NCBI RefSeq assembly: GCF_009914755.1
Contig: NC_060935.1
From: the human T2T-CHM13v2.0 reference genome, Homo sapiens
DNA length: 64,000 nt
Strand: one strand, 5' to 3'
This document shows, piece by piece, positions 12,520 through 25,525 of the stretch. The translations under genes were made by a program, and so were the position numbers. The first letter of the stretch is position 1. The number at the start of each line of letters is the position of its first letter. A model generated the notes under the pieces. The model saw only the letters and a list, made by a program, of their open reading frames with translations, was not told the DNA's origin and did not search any database.

Positions 12520-15000
12520 TTTAATATTTGTCTTATTTTTTCTAATTTTTTAACTGTTGCTGATTATTATAGAAAATCTGAACACATACAACATAAAAAT
12601 AAAATTCATCTGCAAGCCTGTTATCTACGTAAATGATAGTAAATTGGTATATTGCTTTCTGTATACAGGTACAGATATAGACGCAGATGTAGATATAAAT
12701 GTAGAGACTGGCATAGCTACTAATTATAATTTTCCTAATCTATTAGTGTAAGAAATTGTACACCATCTAATGTGCTTCAGAGCTATGATTTCCTGTGGCT
12801 GAATAATATTCCATCTCATGAATGTGTCAACTATTACAAACAATACTGTGATAAAATAAGTATACAAAATGCTGATTTGGTTTCCTGATTATTATTCCTG
12901 GAATAAGAATTAATGACTAAAATGGTAAAAATATTTTTGAGACTTCTGCTAAGTGTTGCCAAATTGCCTTCCAAAACATTAAAATGAAGTAAATCCTGTT
13001 CAGAAGTATCCAAGTGATCATCGTCCTCCAGTCTTGTCACCTGGAATATTGTCATATTCTTTTCCTAATCTTTGCCAAATTGATAGCTTAAAATCAGTAC
13101 CCATTGGTATTTTATTTATATTATCTTAAATGCTGTTAGAATGTTATTAATTTATTTGAATTTGTTGTAATTTTTGTGAATTGTTTAGGATGTTGGTGAT
13201 TTTTGAATTGATCTGTTAAGAGCTCTTTAGAGTTTAAATATAATAACTTTTTTTATTTGTGGCTTTTCTACTTTTTCTATTTTAAACATAGTATTTTGAA
13301 GTTCTTATGTAGTCAAATCTATTCATTCTTTGTGAATTCTTCTGTTGCATTTACGATTAGAATGTCCTTCAAAGCCAAGATCAGTTAAGTATGAAGTTTT
13401 CATGATTTTATTTTTACATTAGCCTATCAATATCTTTGTAATTAAGTTGGTATTTAATTATAAAAATTACTGGTAATATTTATTGAGTGAATACTTTGTC
13501 AAGCAGTACACGAAATTCTTTACATGAATTATCTCCTACTTAGTCCTCATAAACACCTTATGAGGTAATAACAATCCCCATTTTTCATGTGAAGAAACTA
13601 AAGTTCAGAGAGATAGAATTACATATCCAAGGTTATACACCTAGTAAATGATGGAGTCAGAGTTTGAACTCCAGCAGTCCCTAAGCCTGCACTCTTAACT
13701 ACTCTTTTTTTTTGCTAATATGACATGGATCTAACAATTTTTCAGCACATTGTCAATTTTATGAACACTATGTTTTGAATAATCTATCAGTTTCCTCTTT
13801 GATTCGCATTTCTTCCTTCATCATATATGACATTACCATACATACTAAGCTCTATTCCACACGTAGCCATTCTATTGGTCTGTCAGCCAGTTCTTGCACC
13901 AGCAGTATACCATTTTAATTGTTGTATCTTTGTAATGTTAATTAATATATAATAGGACAAATAGCCCACTTACTGTTATACCTTTTGACAAATAATATCA
14001 CTTCTCTATTTATTATCCCAAGTAAACATTATAATCCTTTCATTAGTTAAAATAATTTATTATTTGGCCATCAATAAATTGTATTAAGTATTAGAAATTT
14101 TTAGGTGTATGTACTTATGGGGTACATAATAGGTTGTTTCTGAAAAAATTAATACTAGAAAATTTAACTTTTTTTCAACTTTTATATTTTATATTCTGGA
14201 ATATGGGCTGCCCCATAATTTTGCCATTAAGTTGAACGACATTTGACAAGAGTTGGTAAGATTTTGTAGTTTTATTCATCTATATCCTGCATAGCTATAT
14301 TAGAGTTATTTCTAGGTAGGTTGTGTTTTCTGTTAGTGTTATAAATCTAATTTAAAATTATATTTTCCATTTTTTGAAGTAGTTAGAAGTATACATCTTT
14401 TAATACTTCTATTTGGCCCATATCTTGAGTTTTTGACAAAAATACAGCAATTTAACCTTCTCCCTGAGATGTACCTTATTCTATTTCATGTTATAATTAA
14501 GTTGTCAGAAATTTCAAATAATGTTAAAGCATAATAGGTATGACAACTGTCCTTACTTTTTCCAACTTCAATGGAGATTCTTTTAGTCTTTCAACAATAA
14601 GTATGACAGAGATTGTTAGCTTGGAGTAGCTTTTCTACACTATGTCAAATAGTGTCCTTCTATTTTAGGTTTTCTGAGAAATTTTGTCAGGAATGAGTTT
14701 TAAATTTTATCAAATAGGATTAATATGTTTTAGAATGATACTTTTTTATTTTTTTGATCTTCAGATTCTATGTTTTATGGTAATAGATTTCTAATTAAAA
14801 CATCTTTGCCTTCCAGGGAGTAAACTCTATTTATTCTAATAGATGATTCATCAATTGACTATTGCGTTGTGTAGGATGCATTTTATTTAGGATCTATTCA
14901 TCTTTATGAACGAGGGTAGGCCATAGAATTATTTTTGTTCTTATCATTTTTGACATCTGGGTAATATTACTTCATCAAGTGAAGTTAATATTGCTTCATC
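12520..15000 (-). mobile_element. Old L1ME-type ORF2/3' region, interrupted by a MIR
   Basis: ttgccaaattgccttccaaaa; tatgtagtcaaatctatt; gttcttgcaccagcagtataccattttaatt; aggaatgagttttaaattttatcaaat. Confidence 0.75.
13470..13705 (-). mobile_element. MIR SINE (near full length)
   Basis: ttagtcctcataaacaccttatgaggt...ccccatttttcatgtgaagaaactaaagttcagaga...gagtttgaactc...ctcttaactact. Confidence 0.85.
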
Positions 15001-15809
15001 AAGCAAACAAATGAACAAAGAACCAATCATATTTGAAGGATGTTCTAGATACAGCATTCCAAGAATGAAGATCTAAAATTTGTACTATACACAGAGTTAG
15101 CTCAGGTATCACACATCTCTCTCATGTTCAAATTCACTTTCTTGGTGGTGCCCTGTTCTTAGCTTTTCTATTAGAAAAATTATCATTATAATCAGTTGAT
15201 TAATACATCCATGAATTACAACCTTTTTAACACTATTACTTCAAACATTAATAAATGAATTTGGGTCAGTCAATTATTAAATATGAGTGCATGTGCATGC
15301 ATGTGTGTGGTAATTTTATTTAAGTCTCAGAGTAGCCTAATTCACTTATTCAATAAATTTTATGAAGTATATATTATATGCTAACCATTTCTCTAGTGCT
15401 GATGAGGAATAAGACAGGTGAGGTTCTTGCCCTTGTGGAGCTCTTTCTTAGCCCATATAAATAAAAAATGTGAAGCTGATCAAGTAAAGCAGTTTGCCTA
15501 AATCCACATTCTAAGTGAATAAATTACTGCACTGAACTACCCTATAAGAGACTCATTGAAACATTTTTTAAGAAGCAGCTTTTGCATATGTGTAACATAC
15601 TTTAATCAGTTCGACCTAAGGGCAGGAAAATACATGAAATGGCCCCTGAAAATTTCTTCAGCTATATTTCTGGTAGTTCACAAACTCTCTTAATTTAGTG
15701 AAACTGCATTAGGAAGACTATGAAAAAAATAAGAAAATTATAACAATATGAATTTTAATCCCTAAAGGTTAAGTAGGAGTTATTGCTATTACTTGTCAAG
15801 CTCACCTTC

Positions 15810-16010
15810 TTCCAAGCCTATACCATGTGCCACTATCTCATTTTAGCATTGTACAAACTTTTCAAGGAAGATGTTATCACTATTTTATACATAAGAAAAT
15901 GGAGGCTTAGAATTTAAGATAAGATGGCCAATGAATGCCACACATGGAACAATTAACACAGAACACAAATCCAGGTTAGTCTGTTTCTATAGGTATTATT
16001 TTTGCCTCTC
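15810..16010 (-). mobile_element. MIR SINE
   Basis: attttatacataagaaaatggaggcttaga...aaatccaggttagtctg. Confidence 0.6.
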
Positions 16011-16599
16011 TGCTATGTCTTTTCTATATGCATGTCTTATGATTAGATTAGTTGTAAGAGTGTAGTGTGAAAAATATGTTCTTTTTAAAAATTTATTTTA
16101 AATTATGCTTTCCGATAATTTTAAATAAATGACCAGAAATAGGGAAAAGTTAATTAACCTGTCAATCAATCATGTATAGGCAGTAATACAAAAATGTTTT
16201 TAAAAATTGATATAAAATAATTGGATCAATATTTTCAGGACTTCATTGAAGACTTGATAAATGTTCAAGATAGGCTTTGGGTGAGAATTTAGAAGTAATA
16301 TAAAGAGTGAAGAACACAAAATTAAAAGTTAACTGGCAGGGCTTCAGCACAACTGTATTGAATCAATGTATACTGAATTTTTTTTTTCAGAATGGAGAAA
16401 GGTGCCAGTTTATAGTTTTTTTCCTGTGGTAGATAGAGCAATTAGTTCTGGGAGGGCAGCAACTACATTTTATGTATTGTGTTTCTAACACCTGGCACAA
16501 CACTTGCCACATAGTAGCCATTCAGTAAATGCCTGGATAAATGAATGGGTGAATGAGTCTCTGTAGTCCTAAAAAAAAATCAGTTCAGATGATAGGAAA

Positions 16600-16750
16600 A
16601 GACATCAGAAAGACAGGAGATCAAGATCCTTGGCGAAATGTCATCAACGTTAAGTAGATTCTTGACTTCTCTATGACTCACTTTTGTCATCTGTGAAATG
16701 AAAAGACTGAACTAAATGATCCCACGAGTCCTTATTAAGTATATAACTAT
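16600..16750 (+). mobile_element. MIR3-like SINE
   Basis: ctcacttttgtcatctgtgaaatgaaaagactgaactaaatgatc. Confidence 0.65.
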
Positions 16751-17831
16751 TATAATTCTATAATTTATAATTAATAATTTCAGTTTCTTACTAAGCCTTC
16801 TTACCCATCAAAGAGGAAAAGGTCCCATTTATCAAAATGGTTCCCAAGCAGTCAGGGACTTTAACCACAAATTAAACAATTTACAATCTTCCTGGAAGTT
16901 CATGCAAGAGGTCCTATATCTCTTTTATCCTTAGACATTCTATTTGATGACTATATATACTAACATTTTTTTAAAAACCTTTTTTCCAACAACTACCTAA
17001 TAATGCAAATAAACATATAAAATAACTGAAATTAATTGATAAACACAGTGACCACTGTGCTTTTAAGCATGTACATAAATCTAGTTTTCTTGGTAGAAGA
17101 AACATTGCTCAGCCTCTACTACTAAAATACTTGTCCAAAAACTAAGAAATGAACCTATGTTAAGAAACAAACCCTTCATGTTTCACAGGGCTGTAAAGTC
17201 ACAATTTATCACATTTTCACACTCAGAGTAAAATATAAGTATTAAGAGGGATGCCAGTTTAGTTCCAAAGAAATGAAAAGACAATAGGAGTGGCTTATTA
17301 CTCTCTCTGTTTTTTAATGGTGAACAGGAAATGACTACATCATCACTCACGAGGGTTGAAAATACAAAAATTCAATAACATGTCTAACTTCAGTTAGACT
17401 TCAGCTGAGCAAAACTATTAGTGGCCAACGTAACAACTGGTCCCAGTCTTTTAAGGAAAGGTTTCAGAACCTACAAAGAGTTTAATAGGCTACTACAGAT
17501 ATCACACACTGATCTTTTTGCAATGAAGAATGATTTTTGAGTTTTACCAAATTTTTAACAACGTAAGAGCTAGCTTTCGGAAGTGTCAAGTGCATAAATG
17601 GGAGTAGGTATTTATTATATAAAATCCAATTCTATTTGTTACAAGGCAGTCTTCAAAGAGATGCAATATTAGAGCAGAAAAGAAATCTCTGAGCCAGCAC
17701 CTTTGACTTAGGGAAAAAAACAATCTGGATCTGAGAGAGGTTCAGCCCCTTGCTCAATGTCACGCCAAGGAGTAGAGCCAGTTCACAGAATTTGCTTTCC
17801 TACTTTCCAGTGCTTAATTCTTTTCTCTTAC

Positions 17832-17912
17832 CAGGCAGTGTCTTTTCCTCAGACAGAGGCTTGTTTACTACAGTATTCCTCATGGGATGTATCCTCTGAG
17901 AAGCCAGCTGCT
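17832..17912 (-). other. Candidate 81-nt exon (unverified)
   Basis: Minus strand ttctgacttatttttattcag|AGCAG...CCTG|gtaaga; one open phase 1-1 frame QLASQRIHPMRNTVVNKPLSEEKTLP, not recognised. Confidence 0.25.
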
Positions 17913-19089
17913 CTGAATAAAAATAAGTCAGAAATGAGAGGGTCAGAGTAGGGCCCATCCTCCTCAGGAATATCAGAGAAGTTTGAAGAGTGGGAGAAAG
18001 GAGAAGAGAGAAAGTGATGCTATCTCAAGAAAAGGCCTCTTGTAGGTTGGTCATATCTGAGCCCTCTGTGCTAAGGACTGCACTCCTAATACTCTTGTTG
18101 TCTGGAAACCACAATTGGCAGACAGTGCCTGAGCTCAACACCGCTTGAGACAAGAGAAGGGGAGGATGAGGTAGTATTGATGGACTATTATTTCTTTGTA
18201 GATGAAACTGCCCCCACTATCTGGGTGCATTGTACTTTAATTACCTGATTATGATACCCAAATTAACTATGCATTCACTGAGGGAAGGGACTATGCCCAA
18301 CTCATCTCTGTATCCTCAGGGTCTATCGTGTTTGATGTACAATGAATGCTGGATGAAACAAGGAATGTGTGAATGATGCATGTTGTACCTGGAAGAAAAT
18401 CCCTAATCTTGAACACACCCGTGGGTTTTCAATATTATCTGTGTCCCTGAAAATAAGAGGCATACAATACCAGACTTGATCGACCTATTATACTCTTTTC
18501 TTTAGTAGACTAAGAGAGAAAGGGAGAAGGGGGAATGTAATCCATGTCCTCTTGCCCTCCACTTCGGGCATAAACTGAAGTTCACCTTTAGTGAATGAAT
18601 TAGCAATTATGTATACAGCAACATACATCAAATATGCAAAATTTCAATCTAATTTTACTCTAAAATATTCAAAAATGGTTACCCTTGCAATGAGTTGGTC
18701 ATACAGAGATAATTTGTATTGGGAACTAAATTGACCGATTCGACAGACATTACTGAGAAGCTACTATATATTAAGGGCTGTGCTCTGTGCTCTGGGAGCA
18801 TATATGAATATTACAAGATCCTAGTCTCAAGTTTTGCATATTGGCATCAGGTACACAAGCATATCAACAGAGAATAATATGTATAATGGCAGCTGCTACA
18901 ACAGAGGTATGAACAAACAACTACAGGGATAAAGAGGAGGCAACAAATGATGCTGGGTACATTCAGCTTCAGACTTAAGCTTCTCAGTGTGGTGGTTTGC
19001 CAGACAGTAAACATGAGTACTAACCCTAGCTTTGTAAGAATCTAGTTATGTGATAGAGCACAGAGAATTAATATCCCTATATCTCAATC

Positions 19090-19320
19090 TCTTCAGAGTT
19101 TGGACTTTGGCATCACATTTAAGACCTGGCTTAAATGGTTCTATGATTTAACTATCTGTTTTGACTTTAGGTAATTTTTTTCAGTAGTGTAGAGTTTAGC
19201 TTTTTTATCTTTTCAGAGCAAAAATTATGAGTTTGCCTGCATCAAGAGGTGAAATGTACTGATCATAGTTCTTAGCACATAATAATTGCTCAATAAATGT
19301 TAACTATAATTATTAATATT
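19090..19320 (+). mobile_element. MIR SINE
   Basis: ggactttggcatca...gttcttagcacataataattgctcaataaatgttaactat. Confidence 0.7.
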
Positions 19321-20599
19321 AAATTAAGATAAAAAGCTTATAGTGGACTTGAATAAGCTTCTTCTGAATGAAATTCAACATAAATAGATATGAATAAGAG
19401 AAAAATGTACACATGTATATAGATATACACATATCTACATACAAATATGTAGTAATTAATGTTATGTTGGGAATACTTTCTCCCAACTCTTAAGCAAAAA
19501 TCTCAAGACAATGCATAGGAAAGGGACCTCGGAATCACATGAATGACCCTAAATATAAACAAAAAAATCCGTTATAGGTCATGACATATTTATGATTCAT
19601 TGCCAAAACTGACAGAATATTCCAGGTTGAACACTGTTGGCCCTTGGAAAGTCATAGTATGTAGAACATTAAGTCGTACTATGTAGACTATCACAGTAAA
19701 TTTAATTCAAATAATAAACCGTCACACACTTGATTCACTTCCATTATCATGGCTCCACAGCAGGACATGCTGCCTGCTTTGGTAACTCAGAGTTCTTTTG
19801 TGCAACGAACTGTGATTACTTCATAAAGGTCAATTCTCTTAAATCCCTGGAAACCATGGCATGCCAACCCACCAAGATCACAGAAGCAATTAAAAGTGTT
19901 TAACCGGGAAAGTTGCCAGGACCAGATGGCTTCTGCCAGTGGGTTTTTGTTTTTATTTTAAACTGCTTAACATTAGGCAAGTGGCATTTATTTGCCTCAT
20001 ATCTACTTACTAGTGGATCTTCTTCATATTTGTAAAAGAATGCACATTCATCATAGAGATTCTCATGTTACGTGCACCATGAGAGACAATGAGAGTGGGC
20101 CATAGAGACAATGATAGAGACTTTCCCCATCCTCAAGCTTCATTATGGCTTAAATCAGTTTAAAGTTTGCCATTTATACTCTAATAATATTTATGCATGT
20201 GAAATCTCGCTTCTATAAAGGGTTATTCAAGAATTTTTGGAATTATAGTACATAGGAAAATTCATGTATTAGGAAATAACACTTTTAACAAAATAATCAT
20301 TTTTATGGTACAAAACTACTCTGTGTTCTTAATATTTATAGTTTAAGCTACCCCAAACCACCACTTATTCAGAGTACCTCTCTGACATAAATAGCAGATA
20401 GACTTATTTGACTGAGATAAATATTTTGCCTAAATGTATACTTAAATCCTACCAAGACAGGGTGGCCATAGATCAAATCCTAGCTCTGATATTTTATTAA
20501 TAAATTGAGTTTTAGCAAACCATTTATCTCATAAAGCTTTTGACTCTTCACTTTTTTAAGGGGAGGCTATTATTATCTATAATTAAAATAATTTGATGT

Positions 20600-22160
20600 T
20601 GCCATACTACTCAGATTGAATACAGAAATAAGGTTGAGAAAAAGACCCAGATATATATGGAATTTAGTGTATGATAAAGTTGACATCTCAAATCAGTTAT
20701 AAAAAAAGGAATTTTTAAATAAATAATATTGAGACAACTGTATAGCTATTTCAAAAAGGACAAAACTAGATCAGTACCTCACACCATACCCTAAAATAAT
20801 CTCCAAATGCATCATAGAATTGGATGTTAAATAAAGGAAAATGTACAAGTATTAGAAGAAAAGAGGAAAACATGATTATGAATAATTTTCTAATAACCTA
20901 AGAGAAAAGAAAGCTTTTGTAACTATGATGCAAACATATGTGCTCAATATTAAGGACATTTTTCCCCTAAAGATGAATAACAAACTAAAATGTATTTGCA
21001 GCTTATATCACAAACACAAAGATCTGATCACTTTAATATAGAAAGAGCCTCCAGAAGTCTGCAAGAAAACCGCTAAAAGCCCAAGAGAACAATGAGCAGA
21101 AGACACAAACGACTACATATAGAAAAACAGAAAGACAAATGGCTCCCAAACATATGAAAAGATGTTCGGCATCACTGATAAGAGAAACAAAATTCCACTG
21201 AGATACTCTTTCATGCTACAGGTTGGTAAAAATTCTAATTTGATAACACGCTCTGTTGGCAAGAAGCAGCAGGAATTCTCACATATTTCTAGTGGGGGTA
21301 CTAAGTATTAGAATACCTATGAGAGTACTTTTAGCAATATCTAACAAAAGTACATATGACTCTTTCCTATAATTCAGAAATCCCGTTTACAGGATTCTAC
21401 TCTATAGCCATACCTCTGTAAATACAAAACAGCGTATCCACAATGTTATTTGTGACAGTATTTGTTAGGATAAAGTGAATAAGTAAAAATACTAAGAAAA
21501 CAAAAATTTTAGTGTAACAGAAAGGAGTCACAAATATAAAAGCAAGAAATTTTAAGGGAACATTATGCAATATTAGATTTGAATTAGAAATATCAATATC
21601 TACTTATGACTTTTAAAATATATATAAATTTCCTATCTTTGCTCACTAAAAGGCCTAGGAATCAGTGATACCCCAATAGCAACGACCGTATCTAGCACAA
21701 AGATCTTGGTGTCTATTTATCATTTTCTACTAAAAGGAGCTAGGACATCTTGTGAAATGGCTGACTCTGTATCTTGGGCAGCAAAAGTTCCAGAACAAGA
21801 AAGTCAATTTGAAGGGATTCCCCTAGGAAAATCTGATAACAATTTGAGTATCAAAAAGAATGATAACGCTTTTTTAAAAATTGAGAATCATTTGTCATTA
21901 TTAGAATTGATTTTTACACCAACTTCTTATTCTAAAAGTTGCTAGTTAAGAGAAAAGCAGTAAGTCATAGAAATAACATTTTAAGATAATGAAAGAAAAC
22001 TTATTTATAGAAAAAATGCCATGTAGAAGAAATGACAGAATTAGAAGAAGCAAGCTAGAGAGAGTAAACGTGGCAAAACGCTAATAATTGGTGAATAAGG
22101 TGAAGCGTGTAAAGGGATTTGTTTACTTTTTTTTAAACTTTTCTATACGTTTTTAATTAT
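20600..22160 (+). mobile_element. L1MC4-like ORF2 and 3' UTR fragments
   Basis: gacccagatatatatggaatttagtgtatgataaag; aaacatatgaaaagatgttc; ataccccaatagcaac...aaaaggagctaggacatcttgtgaaatggctgactc. Confidence 0.8.
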
Positions 22161-22199
22161 TCAAAATAAAAGTTGGGAGAAAAGGCCAGTGGCATAGGA

Positions 22200-22660
22200 G
22201 AAAGTTGGGGAGACCCTTTTACATTAAAACACACCAAACAAATAAGAACCAAATGAATGCATGAACCATAATTGAATTTTGCTTTATGAAAAAAATTGGG
22301 ATAAATAATTTGGGTGAATAGTAGGGGAATTTGAATAGGGACTAGCTATTAAATAATGTTAGAAAGTAACTGTTAATCATCTCTTGTGTGGTAACACCAT
22401 TATAGTTTTATAGAAGATGAGTATTAAAATTACTATGTCTGCAACTTACTTTCAAATTGTTCTGTGAAGATAATCTGGCTATCTACTTAGGGAAAGATAC
22501 ATCAAAAGACTGATAATTCAATAGGTAGATAGATAACACATATTTGGCATACTGCTAACAATTATTGAATCCAGGAAATATGAACATTTATTGTATTATT
22601 CTTTCAACATTCCATTCAGTTTGAAAATTACCATAATAAATTGCTGGAAAAATACAAATT
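22200..22660 (+). mobile_element. Old L1M (L1ME/MC) 3' end
   Basis: ggggaatttgaatagggact...atgtctgcaacttactttcaaat...ttattgtattattctttcaac. Confidence 0.7.
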
Positions 22661-22664
22661 AAAA

Positions 22665-22770
22665 ACAATACCTACTTTGCAGTTTTATAATGGAATTAAA
22701 CATGAATAACCTAAAAAACAAAGTGCACAATACCTGATGGTGAGCAGATTCTCCATAAATGTTATTTTAC
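22665..22770 (+). mobile_element. MIR 3' half (5' half at ~20460-20580, separated by the L1 block)
   Basis: aatacctactttgcag...ggaattaaa...ataaatgtta; upstream half caaatcctagctctg. Confidence 0.55.
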
Positions 22771-24446
22771 TCTTTTCATCTTTCATACTACATTTTATAA
22801 CACAGAAATCAATTAATATAAGGAGGAGATTGGGTATGCCTTATTGGGTTGAGTGGATAACTTTGGGTTTAGTGCACATGTGATTAAGTATGTTGGATTA
22901 CCATAAAATGGTCCCTTGACTTCCATGTGTGTTAATTGGATCTTGTTGGCTAGTTCTGAATTTCCCAGAGGAAGAAAGGAATGCAAATTTTCCCACTCTC
23001 TGTTCTAGTCCTTCCATTCAAACTCAGCCAAGTGAGAAACAACAGTAATCCTCCCTGTGCATGTTCCCTCCACACACCAAACCTCCCACATGTATACCCA
23101 TGCTGCAATGATTTAACACACCAGTTGAGGACTCCAAATACCACATTCTTATATCTTTGCCTTTAACTCCCTTACTCCCCTGCAGCCAGAACTGCTGTTA
23201 GTGTTTGAGATGAGTGCCTTTTAACACTTTCAATTTTGTCCATAACTGGGTCCTTATCATGGGATTTAACCAAGACATGCTTTAGATCTTAGCTCTTTCT
23301 TTAAAGCACCATGTTTCTCAAACTTACTTAGGTAAAAAAAATCAAATTTACCAAGTAGGTACTAGAATATTTGTAAAATACACAAAATTTTAGAGTTTAA
23401 TATACAAACCAAGTTCCAGTTTCTCCTTTGTTATTCCATTTTGCTTTAAATGTTTTAATCCTTGCTATTTAGCCTTTCATAACTATTCCATTTTGCTCTA
23501 GAGCAGGGAGACTCATTGACTAATGTAAGGAATTAGTAGGAAATTAGAATCAGGTAGTAAATTCCTAGTTCACCTCCAAGCACCAAGTGAAGTGACATTT
23601 CCTTTGTGAATCTTCCCAAACACTCAGACAGGGACCAAACCAGTCTATCCCAGTACTTAGCATATTACTAGACAACAGTCAAGGACTCATTAAATAATGA
23701 CTAATCTCTAATAATATTTATCATATCATGGTATAACTATTTCTAATATCAGTCTATCTTCAATGGACCTAAAATTGGAAGGTTTTATTCTGGTATAGTT
23801 AAATGATGAATAGGTTTAGGAAGATTAATCTGGCAAGGATTAGGAAGAGGAATGAGTTTGAGGAAGAACACACTGAAGGAATAGAGAAAGTTGACTATAA
23901 GTCACTATATGAAATGCCACAGAAAATTCCTTTAGACCTAGGGACCAAATCAAAGATCAGAAACAATCTATACCTATCCATAAAACATTAGGCTGATGGC
24001 ACAGGAAAGCCCAGAGTCTTATTTGTATGGCCTTGGAATTAAAGTTAAAATTCAGGAAATCATTTAAACCTTTAAAGCCTCAGCAAAAAGTAAGACATGG
24101 TAGGAGAGCTATTTCAGTAGCAACAAATCCTTGCAGTAGACATTTGCATCACATATTGGTGGCAACTTCTTTGTTCTCATTCTGTATATTGTAGTAAATC
24201 AACATTACTATCATTAAATATTTATCCAGTACTTCTGCTAGATTGCTGTAGCAAAATGATTTTCTAACTTATCTTCCTATCTAATTATAGACAAAATAGA
24301 TAATATGAATATAAAGAGGCATGAACACACAACAAATAACATTAATATTGAAATATTTGCAGCCTTATTAAATAGTCACATGGGTAGAACTCTATGGAAA
24401 GACAAAAAATATAGGAAATACAGCCTCATAAAAATCAAATGAAATA

Positions 24447-24791
24447 GAGTCATGGGTTGCTGAACAACAGAGATACATTCTAAGAAATGTGTGTTAGGTG
24501 ATTTCGGTGTTGTACGAACATCGGAATGTAATTACATAAACCTAGATGGTATAGCCCAATACACATTGAGACTATGTAATATAGCCTATTGTTTCTAGGC
24601 TGTAAACCTGTACAGCATGTTACTGTACTGAATACTGTAGGCAATTATAACACAATGGTAAGTATTTGTGTGTCTAAACATATCTAAACATAGACAAGGT
24701 ATAGTAAAAGTGTGATATAATCTTATAGGACAATTGTCATATATGTGATCAATCATTGTTGACTGAAATGTTGTTATGTGGTACATGACTG
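24447..24791. mobile_element. Tigger3a (MER7A/Golem) non-autonomous TcMar DNA transposon
   Basis: TA|(g)agtcatg...catgactg|TA termini; internal aaacctgtacagcatgttactgtactgaatactgtaggcaatt. Confidence 0.9.
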
Positions 24792-24949
24792 TATAAAGCA
24801 CAAGTGTTGGTAAACATAGTTGAATCTAAATCAGGAAAGATAAGAGGAAAATGGAAATACTAGAAAAGAAGGTGATAGAATTGGTAAGGATAAGCCAAGA
24901 TGGATTTCAAAGAAGAGGTGAGGATAGAATGGATTTCATTTAAGTTGCT

Positions 24950-25500
24950 TTCATCTGCTCATTTAATTTACCAGATGTTCATAAGAACTTTTTCCTATTT
25001 CAGCCATGTTAGGTACTAAAGATCTAGAAATAAATAAGTCATTGTTCCTGTTGTCTAGGGGTTCGTAGTATAATGGGGAAGAATGGCATGTCAACTAACA
25101 ATTGTCATTTACTGAGATAAGTGCTTGGGGAGGAGTTTGCAGTCAGGGAAGACTTCAATAAATATATATTTGAGGCTGAGTAAAAGTTGGAAAGCAAGAA
25201 ATCAAAGAACATCATTCCAGTAAAAGTAAGTATGCAACGTACCTATGTAAGAGATACAATTGCATAAATGGTAAGGACCATTCTCCCTGGCAGAGGTAAA
25301 TATATGCACAAATAAATGCTTGCAGACTGAATGATAAAGGAAGTTTGAGATGGCTCGAGTGTGTACAAAGAAGTGATAAAAAAAGGTAGATGAGTAACTT
25401 TATGGAGGGCAAATTGGAAAGAACATTTTGTGGTATGTTGGTGATTTTGTATTTTATTCTGTAAGTACTGGGCAAAGTTTCTAAGAACAGACAATTAGAC
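24950..25500 (-). mobile_element. L2 fragment, apparently continuing at ~27340-27400 beyond the ERV
   Basis: aaataaataagtcattgttcctg...gtcagggaagacttc...tttgaggctgag. Confidence 0.6.
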
Positions 25501-25525
25501 AAACAATGTAGAATGTATTAATATA

